Position numbers and translations under genes: made by a program. The notes beneath the pieces were generated by a model. The model made no database searches. It was given only the letters and a program-made list of their open reading frames with translations, and was not told the origin of the DNA. Shown piece after piece: positions 1 to 10,800 of a stretch of 64,000 nucleotides of DNA. This DNA is from a virus, in the IMG/VR virus record IMGVR_UViG_3300037391_000017, positions 39,415 through 103,414 of that record; one strand, given 5' to 3'. Within the stretch, counting starts at the first letter, position 1. Each line of letters starts with the position of its first letter.

Positions 1-1607
1 TTGTAAGTGAGGTACAGTTCGAGTTGTTGAATTGCATTGAGATCATTTCGGCAGAGGGTCGAGGCTGGAGCTTCCAACGGGAAGTAGAAAATATCCACGT
101 CGTTCGGCTTGTCTTTTTCTGGCTCGTTGACCACTCCCATCGCCTTCAAGAATGTGCCCACGGGGTTCTTTCTGTCCTCACGCACGCCCCGCCAAATGTA
201 ACGCGAGTAGCGAGTGTGAATTCCGGGTGAGCAATCAACAAGCTGGCTCACGGTGCCACTAGGCTTGACGCAGGTGATTGCCGCTGGCACAGGAATGCCG
301 AGCTTGCCCGCCCATTCCGTAGCGACTTCGATGGAATACAGACGAAGCTCATCGAGCAACGCGACCAACTCAGGCCCGTTCGTGGACATCATCCGATTGT
401 CCATGATGCCAGTCAAACTGACGCCAAGGAGCCGCTCCTCCTCAGCGTTCTTTTGCCATTCCTTGCGTAAGTAGCGGAACTCAGTCAGCGTGGACTGGAG
501 GCAGCCAAGAATGACAGCGCGGCGAATCTTTTGCTTGATGGTTTCTTTGGTGTCGTATGGGCGGCAGACCACTTCGGTCAGGTTGCAGAAGCCTTTGGGA
601 CGCAGGAGGATTTCAGCGCACGGGTTCAATCCGAAGTCGTAGTAATTCCCCTTCTCGTCTTTGACCGCACGGCGACCGTTTTTCGCCACATGCTTGCGGG
701 CACCCTCGCGGTTGAACAGGCCGCGCTCACCCGACTTCGACTCGATCAGTGTGAGAAATTCCTTCATGAAAATCTCAACGTCGGGCTTCTCCGTGTAGGC
801 AACGGAATTATTTGCCAGCCGCCGCCACGGGGTTGCGTCGTCCTCGTACCACTTACCATTCTTTGCATTCCGCATACGGTCGTCGCTCAGGTTTGAGAGC
901 GAGATCATGGCCGAACGGCGCACGCCGCCACAGACTACCACATCGGCGATCATGCACATTAAGTCATGGCACTCCAACGAGTTAAGCTTGCGGCCAGCGG
1001 CGTTCTGAAAGAGCTTTACGGTGAACTCGAAGAGCCTGTTGAGGGGCTCCGGGCCGCTCGCCCGTCCACCAAAGGTCTTCAGGATGCTACCTGCGGGTCG
1101 CACGGCGGATAAATCCCATGTAGGGATCAGTCCGCCGTACAGCAAGCTGATGAGTTGGCGAAACGATGACGCCCACCCGATCTTGGAATCCCGAACATGG
1201 ATAACGGTTTCAGTTGAGTAAAAAATCTCGGCGATCTCTGGCAATTTGTTGACGTGCTGGCGCTCCACACTGAAGCCGACGCCTGTGCCGCACATGCTGA
1301 TGTACATCGCTTCGTCGAAAGCTCTAGGATCATCGACGTTGATATAGGAGCAATTGTAACCAGCGCAGTTGTCTTTCTTCAGGGCCTCGCCTGCGGTCAT
1401 GAGGGCACGCATGGACGGCATGACTTCCATGTCGTAGATGGCCTGCTCTAGTTCTGCGGCGGTTGCCTCTCGATCAGTTTCAGGTAAGCGGGGCGCGAAG
1501 AAATTGATGTAGCGGTGAACTGTTTCGTCCCAGTTTTCTCTTCGGTTTAGTTCAGGTATCCAGCGGGCATAGCGAGACTTATGAATATACTGTTGGTACG
1601 GCGTCAT
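1..1607 (-). CDS. nrdJ: Class II (adenosylcobalamin-dependent) ribonucleotide reductase, 3' end outside window
   Basis: Hand translation from ATG 1607 gives MTPYQQYIHKSRYARW...VMPSMRALMTAG...NCSY...GTGVGFSVE...KTFGGRASGP...GGVRRSAMISL...NPCAEILLR...CNLTEV. It is absent from the ORF track because it runs off the window. Confidence 0.93.
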   Translation of the reverse strand, partial: MTPYQQYIHKSRYARWIPELNRRENWDETVHRYINFFAPRLPETDREATAAELEQAIYDMEVMPSMRALMTAGEALKKDNCAGYNCSYINVDDPRAFDEAMYISMCGTGVGFSVERQHVNKLPEIAEIFYSTETVIHVRDSKIGWASSFRQLISLLYGGLIPTWDLSAVRPAGSILKTFGGRASGPEPLNRLFEFTVKLFQNAAGRKLNSLECHDLMCMIADVVVCGGVRRSAMISLSNLSDDRMRNAKNGKWYEDDATPWRRLANNSVAYTEKPDVEIFMKEFLTLIESKSGERGLFNREGARKHVAKNGRRAVKDEKGNYYDFGLNPCAEILLRPKGFCNLTEVVCRPYDTKETIKQKIRRAVILGCLQSTLTEFRYLRKEWQKNAEEERLLGVSLTGIMDNRMMSTNGPELVALLDELRLYSIEVATEWAGKLGIPVPAAITCVKPSGTVSQLVDCSPGIHTRYSRYIWRGVREDRKNPVGTFLKAMGVVNEPEKDKPNDVDIFYFPLEAPASTLCRNDLNAIQQLELYLTY

Positions 1608-1764
1608 TATGATTCCTTACGAGGTCAGCGGCGGCTTAAAATTGTTTGCTCGATGTATTAGCTTTCGAGATTGGGTGAACGGGTTCACAGGCGTTTTTCA
1701 TTTCGCCTGTGTTGATGGGTTTTTCGTTAGAGCAATTTTTCGTTTTTGCAGTGTTGTTGGGAAA

Positions 1765-2538
1765 TTATTCTTTGGGCTGTCCGAACTCCCAGAAGTGCGG
1801 GGAGGTTAAGTCTTCAATACGGCGGAAAGTCCCTTCGAGATACTGGCTCTTGTCGTCCAAGTCTCCCTTGGTCATGTTGCCAGCGATGACGAGTTGCCCG
1901 CCGTGCTTGTACATCGCGTTGATGAGGTTGTACATCTCGCCCATACGGAACACGGACTTCTTGACCTTCTCAAATTCATCCAAGAACAGGTGAGTGGCGA
2001 AGCCATACCGCTGCTTGAGAATTTCGATCTTCTCTGCGGTTATCAATGGGCTCTCGATCTTACCGAGTTTCCAGTCTTGAATCATGTCCATCAGGGTGAT
2101 GGCATCCAACATAACCACTGGGTGATAATTGCCAATCCAAGCGCCTGTGTTCAGTACGATCTCTGGGCCGCAGGCGTAGAGAGCCTCACGGTAGAGGGCG
2201 CACATAAAAGTGGATTTAGACCAACCGCTGGGAGCGCAAAAAGCGTAGCCGCTCAATGGGGCGGCACGGAGCTTCTTAATGACCGCTCGTTGCTTCTCCA
2301 AAGGCATGTGAGACACGTCACTCGGCTCCAAAGTGCTAAGGTCTACATTTCGGTAACGCTCGGGAACCGTGCGCTGCCAAATTCTCTGAATCCCCTCACT
2401 GATCTTCTGGGACTTCTCGTCTCGATTCCGCTTCTCCCTCAGGGCACGAGCTTGAACTTTCTCCTCGGGAGAAAGAATCTTCGGTGGGTACTGTTTCAAC
2501 AAACGGTCAATTGTCTTCTCGTTGAATTGTTCTATCAT
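1765..2538 (-). CDS. DnaC/IstB-like AAA+ helicase loader
   Basis: VPERYRNVDL motif, degenerate Walker A (APSGWSKST), Walker B (LFLDEFEK) and RRIED; adjacent to initiator and helicase genes. Confidence 0.7.
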   Translation of the reverse strand: MIEQFNEKTIDRLLKQYPPKILSPEEKVQARALREKRNRDEKSQKISEGIQRIWQRTVPERYRNVDLSTLEPSDVSHMPLEKQRAVIKKLRAAPLSGYAFCAPSGWSKSTFMCALYREALYACGPEIVLNTGAWIGNYHPVVMLDAITLMDMIQDWKLGKIESPLITAEKIEILKQRYGFATHLFLDEFEKVKKSVFRMGEMYNLINAMYKHGGQLVIAGNMTKGDLDDKSQYLEGTFRRIEDLTSPHFWEFGQPKE

Positions 2539-3425
2539 ATTTCCTCTTGTTGGAACTTTGGTGTGGTGTGAACCGCAGGCTTCTTACTCTCCGCAGGAAC
2601 CTGACCGCTCATAGTCTCAAAGTGCTTCTTAAAGAAAGCCTCATCCCTGACTCGACCCCTCCAGAAAGGATCAGAATCGCTACCCCAATGCCAATCGACG
2701 ACGAGCTTAATCTGAGCGGCGGTCCACCCATCAAAAGGCGCAACCGACCACGGGTCAAACCCCACCTTCCGACGCGACCCCGCCGTAGATGAGACAGCGG
2801 TAGCTTTGATTTTGGCCTTACACTTACAGCCAGTTTGGAGGGCATGACACTTCAAACAGTGAATCTTGCGTTCTCCATCCAGATAACAGGGGCCGTTGCA
2901 GCGCATACAGGGTTCCGCGTGTGGGGTCTGGGTTGGAGCTTGACCATCCTGCGGAGCCGAAGCTTCTTCTACCTCTGCTTCTAATTCTTCTTCTCTTTCT
3001 TCTTCTACTTCTAAGTCTGTGCTGTTCTGTTCGAGCCCGTTCAACACCTGTTCAACACGTGTTGACGCCTGTTTAGCAGCCGCCGACGCACGTCCAGCAC
3101 GTGATTTGGCCTCAATCGCCGTCAAGGTTTTCCCATATTCTTCGGTAATTCTGTGGTGTTCATAGCCGTTATCCGTGAGGGTAAACATGCCCATCACGGC
3201 GTCTTTATTCTCTTTCCACACATCTTCGGGCACGTCCGCTAGAAGCATCAGTGTGGCGTCATCCGTGGGAAGGTAGGGTCGCGTGTTGCAGAATGGAGCC
3301 TCAAGACAGAGGGTTCGGTACATGTGCCGTTGGATGTAATTCTTGAGTCCCCGCTGAAACTTTGGGGAACTCAAGAACAATCCGTGATGGTAGGCAACGT
3401 ATTTGGGTAGGTAACGATCCGCCAT
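2535..3425 (-). CDS. Replication initiator-like protein (YdaU/DUF1376-like N-terminus, Cys cluster)
   Basis: N-terminal LPTDDATLMLLA...YEHHRITEE...KSRAGRASAA pattern, acidic linker and CxxC pairs; sits upstream of the loader. Start placed at MADRY. Confidence 0.6.
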   Translation of the reverse strand: MADRYLPKYVAYHHGLFLSSPKFQRGLKNYIQRHMYRTLCLEAPFCNTRPYLPTDDATLMLLADVPEDVWKENKDAVMGMFTLTDNGYEHHRITEEYGKTLTAIEAKSRAGRASAAAKQASTRVEQVLNGLEQNSTDLEVEEEREEELEAEVEEASAPQDGQAPTQTPHAEPCMRCNGPCYLDGERKIHCLKCHALQTGCKCKAKIKATAVSSTAGSRRKVGFDPWSVAPFDGWTAAQIKLVVDWHWGSDSDPFWRGRVRDEAFFKKHFETMSGQVPAESKKPAVHTTPKFQQEEI

Positions 3426-3426
3426 A

Positions 3427-5043
3427 TTATGCATCTTCCAGCCCCGGATCGACGAATTCGGTTCGGGTAGTTGGCGTGCTTGGAACCGACACATCCTCGT
3501 CGGTCATGAACTTCTCTGTTGAAGATGTTCCGCCCACAGCGGCTCCGATTTTCTCAACCACTCGTCCAGACCCGAGCACGATCTCCATGAGAGCCATCGG
3601 TGGGCGCTTGCCCTTACGCACCTTGAGCGTTTCCATGATGAGTTCGTTCTTGGCTTTGTTTTTCTCGTCCGAGTACACGGAAAAAATGTAGTCCATGTCA
3701 TGTTGATACTCAGAAAAGTTGGCGATGGCGTTAAGATCGTAGAACGTGCTCGTATCTCCGCTGGTGTTTTCTTCTTTTTCGGAGGCTTTCTTAGCCGCTT
3801 TGTTCGCTTCGCGGTTGACCTGCATGGGCGTCACAACCACGAGCCCGCGACCGTTGTGGTAGTTGCGGGTGAGGATTTGAGCCTTGTGGATGATGTTTTT
3901 GATTTCCAGATCGTGATAACGAGAATCCCCCGCCGTCTGTAGACGGGCGAGATAGTCGATGACTAAGAACTGGTAATTGGATTCGGAGAACGCTTCTAGG
4001 TAACCGACCACTCCCTCAAACGTGTTAATGTTCACGCTGGCCTGTACGTCGAGTCGCCCCGGAAGATTGACATGGGTTTTCATGTCCCGCAGGATGCGAG
4101 CCATGTGTGCCCTGATCTCGGGCGAGATCGTGATACCAGACTCGTCGTCTCGCGCCAAATCCCAGTCTGACAACGAGGGCAATTCGATGCCGCTATCCTC
4201 GTAGTCTTCATGTGAAGAATGCAGGAACGCCATGAACTCCCAAATCTCCAGTGGAGTGTGTTCGAAACTGATGTAAAGCCCATTGTACCCTTGCTTTAGC
4301 CAGTTGTAGACGATGGTGTTCTCAATCGTTGTCTTGCCGTCGCCGCTCATGCCCGCTATGCCGATGAAGCTCAGGTTTTGCGGCCCGATGATGCACGCTT
4401 TGTCGATGTGAGGCATCAGTGTCTTCATGCGGGTTACGGAGGATTCTTCAACTAGGCGGTTGTCGAGAGATTCGGCAACGCTGTCGATGTGTTCGTCAAG
4501 CCAACCCGACTCGATTTCTGTCTCAGTGTACACGTCATCCATGAGCCCTTTGAGCATCATGGCTTTCGCGTCCTTCGTTCCGCTGGGGTCTTTGAACTTT
4601 CCAACCTGCTTCGTCGGCCCCGCGTTAACGATTCCCTCGAAATGCTGACCGAGGAAGCGGTAATGGTCTTTCTCAGCTTCCTTGATGACGTTCTCAATCA
4701 GGACATTGATGTCGCTGATGGACTTCACGCGGGTCTCATCGATGTCGTTCAGGCTCTTGAGCGCGGCGACTAAGGTCTCTGACCACCCCATGCGAAGCTC
4801 ATGTTCCTCGGATGTCTTTACGAAATCGCGGAGAGCGTTTTTATTTGGTGGGAGTTGATGGAAGTGTTCCGAGTATTGGATGATGATATCGAGAATTTTG
4901 TAGCACTCATCGTCGTCTTGCTTCGGCCAGTTGCAGATTTTCTTGAGGGGCTTTACATTCTTGCGGAGGGTATCGAGCAGCGATTGATCCCCCGAGAGAA
5001 GGCGGTACACCAATACGTCAATTTTCACTTCGTTCACAACCAC
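3427..5043 (-). CDS. DnaB-like (SF4) replicative helicase
   Basis: IAGMSGDGKTT (Walker A), YISFE, LVIDYL, PMQVNR and LKVRKG motifs. Confidence 0.88.
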   Translation of the reverse strand: MVVNEVKIDVLVYRLLSGDQSLLDTLRKNVKPLKKICNWPKQDDDECYKILDIIIQYSEHFHQLPPNKNALRDFVKTSEEHELRMGWSETLVAALKSLNDIDETRVKSISDINVLIENVIKEAEKDHYRFLGQHFEGIVNAGPTKQVGKFKDPSGTKDAKAMMLKGLMDDVYTETEIESGWLDEHIDSVAESLDNRLVEESSVTRMKTLMPHIDKACIIGPQNLSFIGIAGMSGDGKTTIENTIVYNWLKQGYNGLYISFEHTPLEIWEFMAFLHSSHEDYEDSGIELPSLSDWDLARDDESGITISPEIRAHMARILRDMKTHVNLPGRLDVQASVNINTFEGVVGYLEAFSESNYQFLVIDYLARLQTAGDSRYHDLEIKNIIHKAQILTRNYHNGRGLVVVTPMQVNREANKAAKKASEKEENTSGDTSTFYDLNAIANFSEYQHDMDYIFSVYSDEKNKAKNELIMETLKVRKGKRPPMALMEIVLGSGRVVEKIGAAVGGTSSTEKFMTDEDVSVPSTPTTRTEFVDPGLEDA

Positions 5044-5273
5044 GTCCTTTTACAACCGGAATTTAACAACATTTCGGGTTTCTTTAAGCGAGAACACCGC
5101 CCTTTTTCGGAAAAAGTGGGGGTGGAAAGGGACGGTAACCACCCCCATGAACTCGGTCATCAACAATCAGACCGAGACGCATGTACCTGTTAATACCAGC
5201 TTTTCGGGGAAGTTCGGCGTATTAAACCTATGGCATCGATTTCACTCATTTGCGCTTTGCGTTTGAAAGGTAT

Positions 5274-5786
5274 ATGGACAACACTGTCGAGGTCAGGGTT
5301 CTCAAGTATCAGTTTCGGTTCAAGCCCATCTACTGGCGCGAAGAGTTAGGAATCAAACCAGACCCTACGCTCGACCGCAGGCGGCAAATTCTCGCTCACG
5401 CCTTGGTACAAATATCAGGATTGAAAATCAACAACATAACCGAAGCGACGAGGGTGTTCGTTGCCATTCCGCTTTCGATTATCGACCGCATTTTTACTGT
5501 GTACAAGGGGAGCCTGCCCGCACCGCGTATTTTCAAAACCATGGGCTTGTACAAGGCCCCAGAGCCGCTCAAATATGCTCGCCGCGTCGAGCGGGAGATC
5601 AGGGATCAGGAAGAAGAGGCGTTCCATAGAGCCGAAGAGTTGCTTGAAAGCAAATACGGCAAAGAAGAGCTTCGAGAAACTCGCGAGCTTGAGATGGCGA
5701 TCCTGAAGGGGTCGAAGCTGCGTGGAGCTACAAGAGCTACCCACGACCCGAGCGATGAGGAAATCAATGGCAAAAGAAAAAATTAA
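5274..5786 (+). CDS. Hypothetical protein, possible tail assembly chaperone
   Basis: Open frame coupled to the next gene, just upstream of the tape measure gene. Confidence 0.55.
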   Translation: MDNTVEVRVLKYQFRFKPIYWREELGIKPDPTLDRRRQILAHALVQISGLKINNITEATRVFVAIPLSIIDRIFTVYKGSLPAPRIFKTMGLYKAPEPLKYARRVEREIRDQEEEAFHRAEELLESKYGKEELRETRELEMAILKGSKLRGATRATHDPSDEEINGKRKN

Positions 5787-6921
5787 CCGAGCGGTATTCG
5801 GCGGTCAGTTTGAGGGCGCTCCCAAGCCCCGCCCACGGTCGGGAATCCGCCGCCCCCTGCCCACGGGTAAGGAGTTGCTGGAACGAATTCAAGACGGGCA
5901 ATACAAGCCCGCACCTACGGAGTACCTTGCCGCCGTTCGACAGAAGGTGTCGGAGAACATCGAAGAGATTCTTGAACTGGGAGCCCGCATCCGCCCTTTG
6001 ATGGCGGGGGACAAACAGATCGGGTGGGTCAGGGGCGTCCATGGCTCCGAGAGTAAGCAGCTTAAACGCTGGGTGAAGGACCCCAACGACTTCATCCACA
6101 ACATGCTTTTGCTTGGAACCTCTTTTTCCACCAGTGAGATAGACGCCATGTCGTCCACGGAAGTTTACGAGTTGGTTGAGATCGTCCGTAAGATGACAGA
6201 TTACGACATCTCCCTTTTCCCATACGTATCGGCATTTTCCACCACTCAAATGTCGGAGAACTTGTGGTTCAGTAAGGGGGTGGGGCTTACCAACTACGAG
6301 AATCGGGCGGTTACCATGCCCGATGGGAAGGTCGTAAGGATTTCCACACCGCCCGATCACACGCGGATGTGGTCGAGCCTGTGCACTTACCGCGAGCAGG
6401 CCAAGCGTCGGCTGGAGGAAAATTGGAATGCTTTGCTGATCGTTCGACCAACAGCGGGTAAGAGTGCCGACCCCGTTGCGACCGACCTGAAGGCTATCGC
6501 CCGATCATTAGAGACGGGCAGCATGGAGCCGTGGTCTCGAATCATCAAGAATGACGAGAAGAAACTGGATGACGGCTGGGCGCACGGCGGGGGTTCGTCT
6601 ATGGAAGAGTTGATGCGGGAAATGAACGCCATGATTAAGGGCGACAAACACGAAAAGGTCATGGATGCGTGGGGGGAGCAAATGGAGGCTGAAGAGAAAG
6701 AGCGATTCAAGAAAATGGATGAGGCTCGCAAGGCCCGCAATACTACGGGGCAGGCAGGTGTGGTGGACGAGCGAGTGGAGTTTTTCACCGAAGCGGAGAT
6801 GCGCGAACGTCAAGCCGCCCTCAAAGCGGGCAAAGTTCCACCCGTCAAGGAGCGCGTTAAAGAGCGGGATCGTCGGGAAACCTATGAAACTAATGTCTCT
6901 AAGCTCCGAAGATACCGATAA
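5767..6921 (+). CDS. Hypothetical protein, possible tail assembly chaperone
   Basis: 384-aa ORF, GAGG RBS, position before the tape measure gene. Confidence 0.55.
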   Translation: MAKEKINRAVFGGQFEGAPKPRPRSGIRRPLPTGKELLERIQDGQYKPAPTEYLAAVRQKVSENIEEILELGARIRPLMAGDKQIGWVRGVHGSESKQLKRWVKDPNDFIHNMLLLGTSFSTSEIDAMSSTEVYELVEIVRKMTDYDISLFPYVSAFSTTQMSENLWFSKGVGLTNYENRAVTMPDGKVVRISTPPDHTRMWSSLCTYREQAKRRLEENWNALLIVRPTAGKSADPVATDLKAIARSLETGSMEPWSRIIKNDEKKLDDGWAHGGGSSMEELMREMNAMIKGDKHEKVMDAWGEQMEAEEKERFKKMDEARKARNTTGQAGVVDERVEFFTEAEMRERQAALKAGKVPPVKERVKERDRRETYETNVSKLRRYR

Positions 6922-6971
6922 ACAACGATTTTCAAATTCTAACCTGTAGGTTGGATTATCAGGAGGATGTC

Positions 6972-7151
6972 ATGCCAGAAGAGAAAGAATACGATGGGTG
7001 GGGTCACACACTCGAAAGCAAAACGATCAAGGACGACTTGAAGGAGCTTGTGGGTTATCTTGCAGGCACCGACAAGCACGAGCAGGTGATGCAGAAGCTC
7101 GAAGAGCAAGTCCAAGAGCAAAACTCGACTAACCAGTCGAATAAACAGTAG
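6972..7151 (+). CDS. Small protein resembling the C-terminal part of the upstream gene product
   Basis: AGGAGG RBS; shares the DGWxH...DKHExVM motif with 5767-6921. Confidence 0.6.
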   Translation: MPEEKEYDGWGHTLESKTIKDDLKELVGYLAGTDKHEQVMQKLEEQVQEQNSTNQSNKQ

Positions 7152-7165
7152 CATAGGAGCGTTTT

Positions 7166-7852
7166 GTGGAAGAGCAAATTAAGCAATCGCCAGCCGAAAT
7201 TGTCATACAGGCGCAAGGCGAGATCGTCTCTCATTCGGAAGAAAGTTCCCTGTCTCTCGATGACATCGTTTCCGACCTAAAAGGGTTCGGGATCGAAGAC
7301 CTCGAAGAGATCATTACAATCAAAATGAAGAGTGGCAAAACCGCCAAGCTTCGTGTTTCGAATATTCCGTCAAACGACGAAATGGCATCGTTATTGGCCG
7401 TGGAGGGGCAAAAGGGCTACCTCTGGGTCAAAGCGGTGAAGATCGAAATCCTGTCGCGAGCAATCTCGTGGGTCAACGGAAGAAGTCTCCGCACACTAAC
7501 ACAAGAGCAGCGACTCGTAGTAGACCCGACCGCCGTGGACGAAGAAACTGGTAAGCCCATAACGGTGACGCGGGACATTCAAGTGGTTCTTCGAAACCTC
7601 CTTAAAGGGTGGGGCGAAGAGCTTGTCGAAATTCTCTGGAAGATTCTCATGACGCACTCACAGACGATTGAGGATCGATTGAAAGCGAGCTTGCCGGAAT
7701 CTGCTCTTATGACCGAAGTCGAATCCCGTCTGTTTGAACAGGCGCGGGCTCAGATCGACGCGGCGACAGATCAGATCATTCAAGAGTCAGTGGCGAAGCT
7801 GTATGACCCAGAGCTTGACGGGCCGCTTCCCGCTGTTGAGGAGAAGAAGTAA
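7166..7852 (+). CDS. Putative tail assembly chaperone
   Basis: AGGAG RBS, GTG start, acidic 228-aa protein immediately before the tape measure gene. Confidence 0.55.
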   Translation: MEEQIKQSPAEIVIQAQGEIVSHSEESSLSLDDIVSDLKGFGIEDLEEIITIKMKSGKTAKLRVSNIPSNDEMASLLAVEGQKGYLWVKAVKIEILSRAISWVNGRSLRTLTQEQRLVVDPTAVDEETGKPITVTRDIQVVLRNLLKGWGEELVEILWKILMTHSQTIEDRLKASLPESALMTEVESRLFEQARAQIDAATDQIIQESVAKLYDPELDGPLPAVEEKK

Positions 7853-7856
7853 CTAA

Positions 7857-10800
7857 ATGGGCGGAATCGGTGGAGTACCTCCGGGCAGCGGCGGCACCCC
7901 TCCCCCCTCTAATCCGGGTGGAGGTGGTGGTGACCCCAACTTTGAGTTTTTTAAGGACGCCGCTGGTGCCGCCAAAATCTACGCCGACTCTAACCTATTG
8001 GTCGCAAAAGCTCTAGAGGCGATGACGGGACAGGTAGAGACCGCCGATAAGAAGATCGCAAAATTCAGAGATAACCTACGCGGCAGCATCCTCATCGCCG
8101 ACAACACCACCGAAGCTTTGAAACTCATGACCGACCAGACCAAGGGTCTGGCCCGTGCCTTCTTGGAGAAGAAGGGATTCGAGAACGCCAAGAAAGCCTA
8201 CGAGGGCATGATCCACAACTTAAGGGAGATGGTGAAAGACGGCAAGGCCAACGAAAGACAGATAGCGGCGATGAACGGTCAGATCGCCAAGTTGGTGCAA
8301 GCCGAACATAAACTCAACGCCGTAGGCAAGGATTTGTTCGAGGCATCCGAAGAAGGTTGGAAGGGGGTCGCAAAGGACATAAACGGGGTTGCCGTAAGCG
8401 TGGCTAAATTGAATACCGCTCTCAGTCAGGTAAAGATGGGAAAGATCGGTACGGCAGTCGCGGGCGTGCGGCAAGACCTCATCACGTCGGGGTTGATGAA
8501 GGCTGGCAAGATGGAAAAGTTCATGGACATTGGTATGGCGGGCACCAAGCTCAGAGAACTTGGGAGACAAAAGAAAGAAGCGAAAACCGAGGATCGGGCG
8601 GGTATACGCGCACACGCTCAAGACACCCTGTTGGATTTGGAGAGGAAGGGCCACGTCAAGCTGAAGAAGACTGGTACAGGCGAAGTCGATTGGGCTGGCA
8701 TGGCAGCGATGAAGAAGAAAGACTTAAAGGGAGTGGGGGGAGTCGGCGGTAATTTAGGAACAACGATGAATCTGTTAGCCGATGCGAATACCGCACCCAG
8801 AGCGGGGTTGATGTCGAAGCTTCAGGGCGGCGGGCTCGTGCAGGATGCGATAGGTAAGGGCGCAGAGTTGGCGGGTCAGTTTGCCCTCCCGTTGGCAATC
8901 GCCGAGACGATCAAGGATTTGATCGTGTCGCTTATCGATAAAAATGCCGCGATGAATAAGCAGGCCGAAGCTGGTGGTGGTGGGCTCGGAGCATTTCTAG
9001 GCCCGGGTTCTGGCTCGGGTGCGGACACCATGTTGGCAATTCGTAACAACCTCGCTGGGCTGAGACCCGGAGAGTTATTCAGTAAATACGGCTTGGGGTA
9101 CGACCGAAACATCAAGATGGCACAATCCATCCAGCAGTCGGGCTATCTGATGCCTGAAATCGGGGAAGGTGGAGCCGCAGGAGCCGCAAGAGATACTGAT
9201 TTCGGCCCCGGAGCTTTTGGTGACGTTCAAAAGATTGCCGCTACGTCTGGACGTATGCTGGGTATGAGCGACGATCAGTCCATCCAAATGACCATGAAGC
9301 TGCTCATGCAGTACAGAGAGTCCATGGAGGGCACGCAAAGTTTTTTCACTAACTTGACGAAAGATTCTCGGGCCGCTGGGATATCCGCCACGAAGTACGT
9401 GTCGATCATTGATGAGATTCTCAGTGGCTTCGATATGATGAACAAAAGCTTGGATCAAGTGACGGGCACTATGCGTGTGCTGAGCCGCACGGGGAGAGGG
9501 ACTAGCGAAGACTTACAAGCCATGATGCAGTCGCTCACTGGTGCAGGCCGCGCACCGCTGGATACGGCTAGTATGACGTTTGCGGCTATTCAAATGAAGA
9601 AGGGCGGCGGACAAGCGGGAACCGTCTTAGAGTCGGCTCAAGAAGAGAGTCTCACTACCGCAGCAAATCAGATAACGAAATCGCTAGGGAAAATCGGCAT
9701 CAATTACGATGCGGGTTCCGTCAGAACCATGATGACCACCGCCGCTGGTCGTGACCAACTTCGTGCGGCTATCGACACCGCGAAAGGTGCGGGTGCAAGC
9801 GGTACGATGGTCACAAACGCTTATGCGACGGTAGACCAAGGACAGCAGAGAGCAATCGCCTTGGACGTAACCAAGAAATTCATGAAACCGGGAGCGAGCC
9901 CTCTCGACTGGTCTACTGGAATCAGCGCCCTTAAAGACCCTCAAATCATGGAACAAGTCCGCGCCACGCTGGAAGATTTCATGATGCAAAAAGCGGGTTA
10001 CACCCGAGAGGACATGATATCGGGGAGAGCCCTACCTCCGAAGTTGAAATTGATGTTAGAAGGAACGTTCCAAGGATTCCAAGAAACTGATATCGCGAAG
10101 CGGGCGATGGCGGCACAAAATGCCGCATCAGGGCGTTTCGGTGCTGCGGCTGGAAGAGACCAATTCATTGCAACTGGCAAGCCAACAGATGAGGTGGACA
10201 GAAAGAAATTCGAGGAAGCCCAAGAAGCGCAAGCGGAAAAGTTGGCCGATGAGCTTGGGAAGTTGATGCCCGACGATAAAGAGATGCAAGATCAACTCAA
10301 GGCTATGAGGGCTCTCAATCCTAAAGATCGAAACTGGGTCAGTCTCTTTAGGAAGATCGATAAAGACACAACCCAAAGCGGGTTCAAGGGGAAGATCATA
10401 CACGCCCTTTCGAAGTCCGATGGCACGTGGAAAGAGATTCTAGACGGTCAGGATACGGCTTTGAGTTCCCAGCAAGAAGCAGCTAAGCAAGCCGAGATTG
10501 ATGAGAAGGCTCAGTCCGTTGCGTCTGCCACACAGGACACGGCGGAAATATTTGCAAACGTGTTCTCCACCTACTTCAACAAGATCATCGGCATCTTGGA
10601 ACAAGTCAGGACGTGGATGGCTCACTCCAAATTCTTTGGCGGTCTATCCGAGGCCGATGAAAAGAAGGCGGCGGATTTGATAAAGAACCAAGAACAGAAC
10701 CTCAAGGACGCCAAGGCCGCTAACCTCATTCAGATCGATTGGTTGAAGTCACAGAAGAACGTAGAAACAGACCCGATAAAGAAGGCTCAGCTTCAGGCGA

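Noticed and set aside
24-1451. Short plus-strand ORFs
   Set aside because: They are shadows of the minus-strand nrdJ gene.
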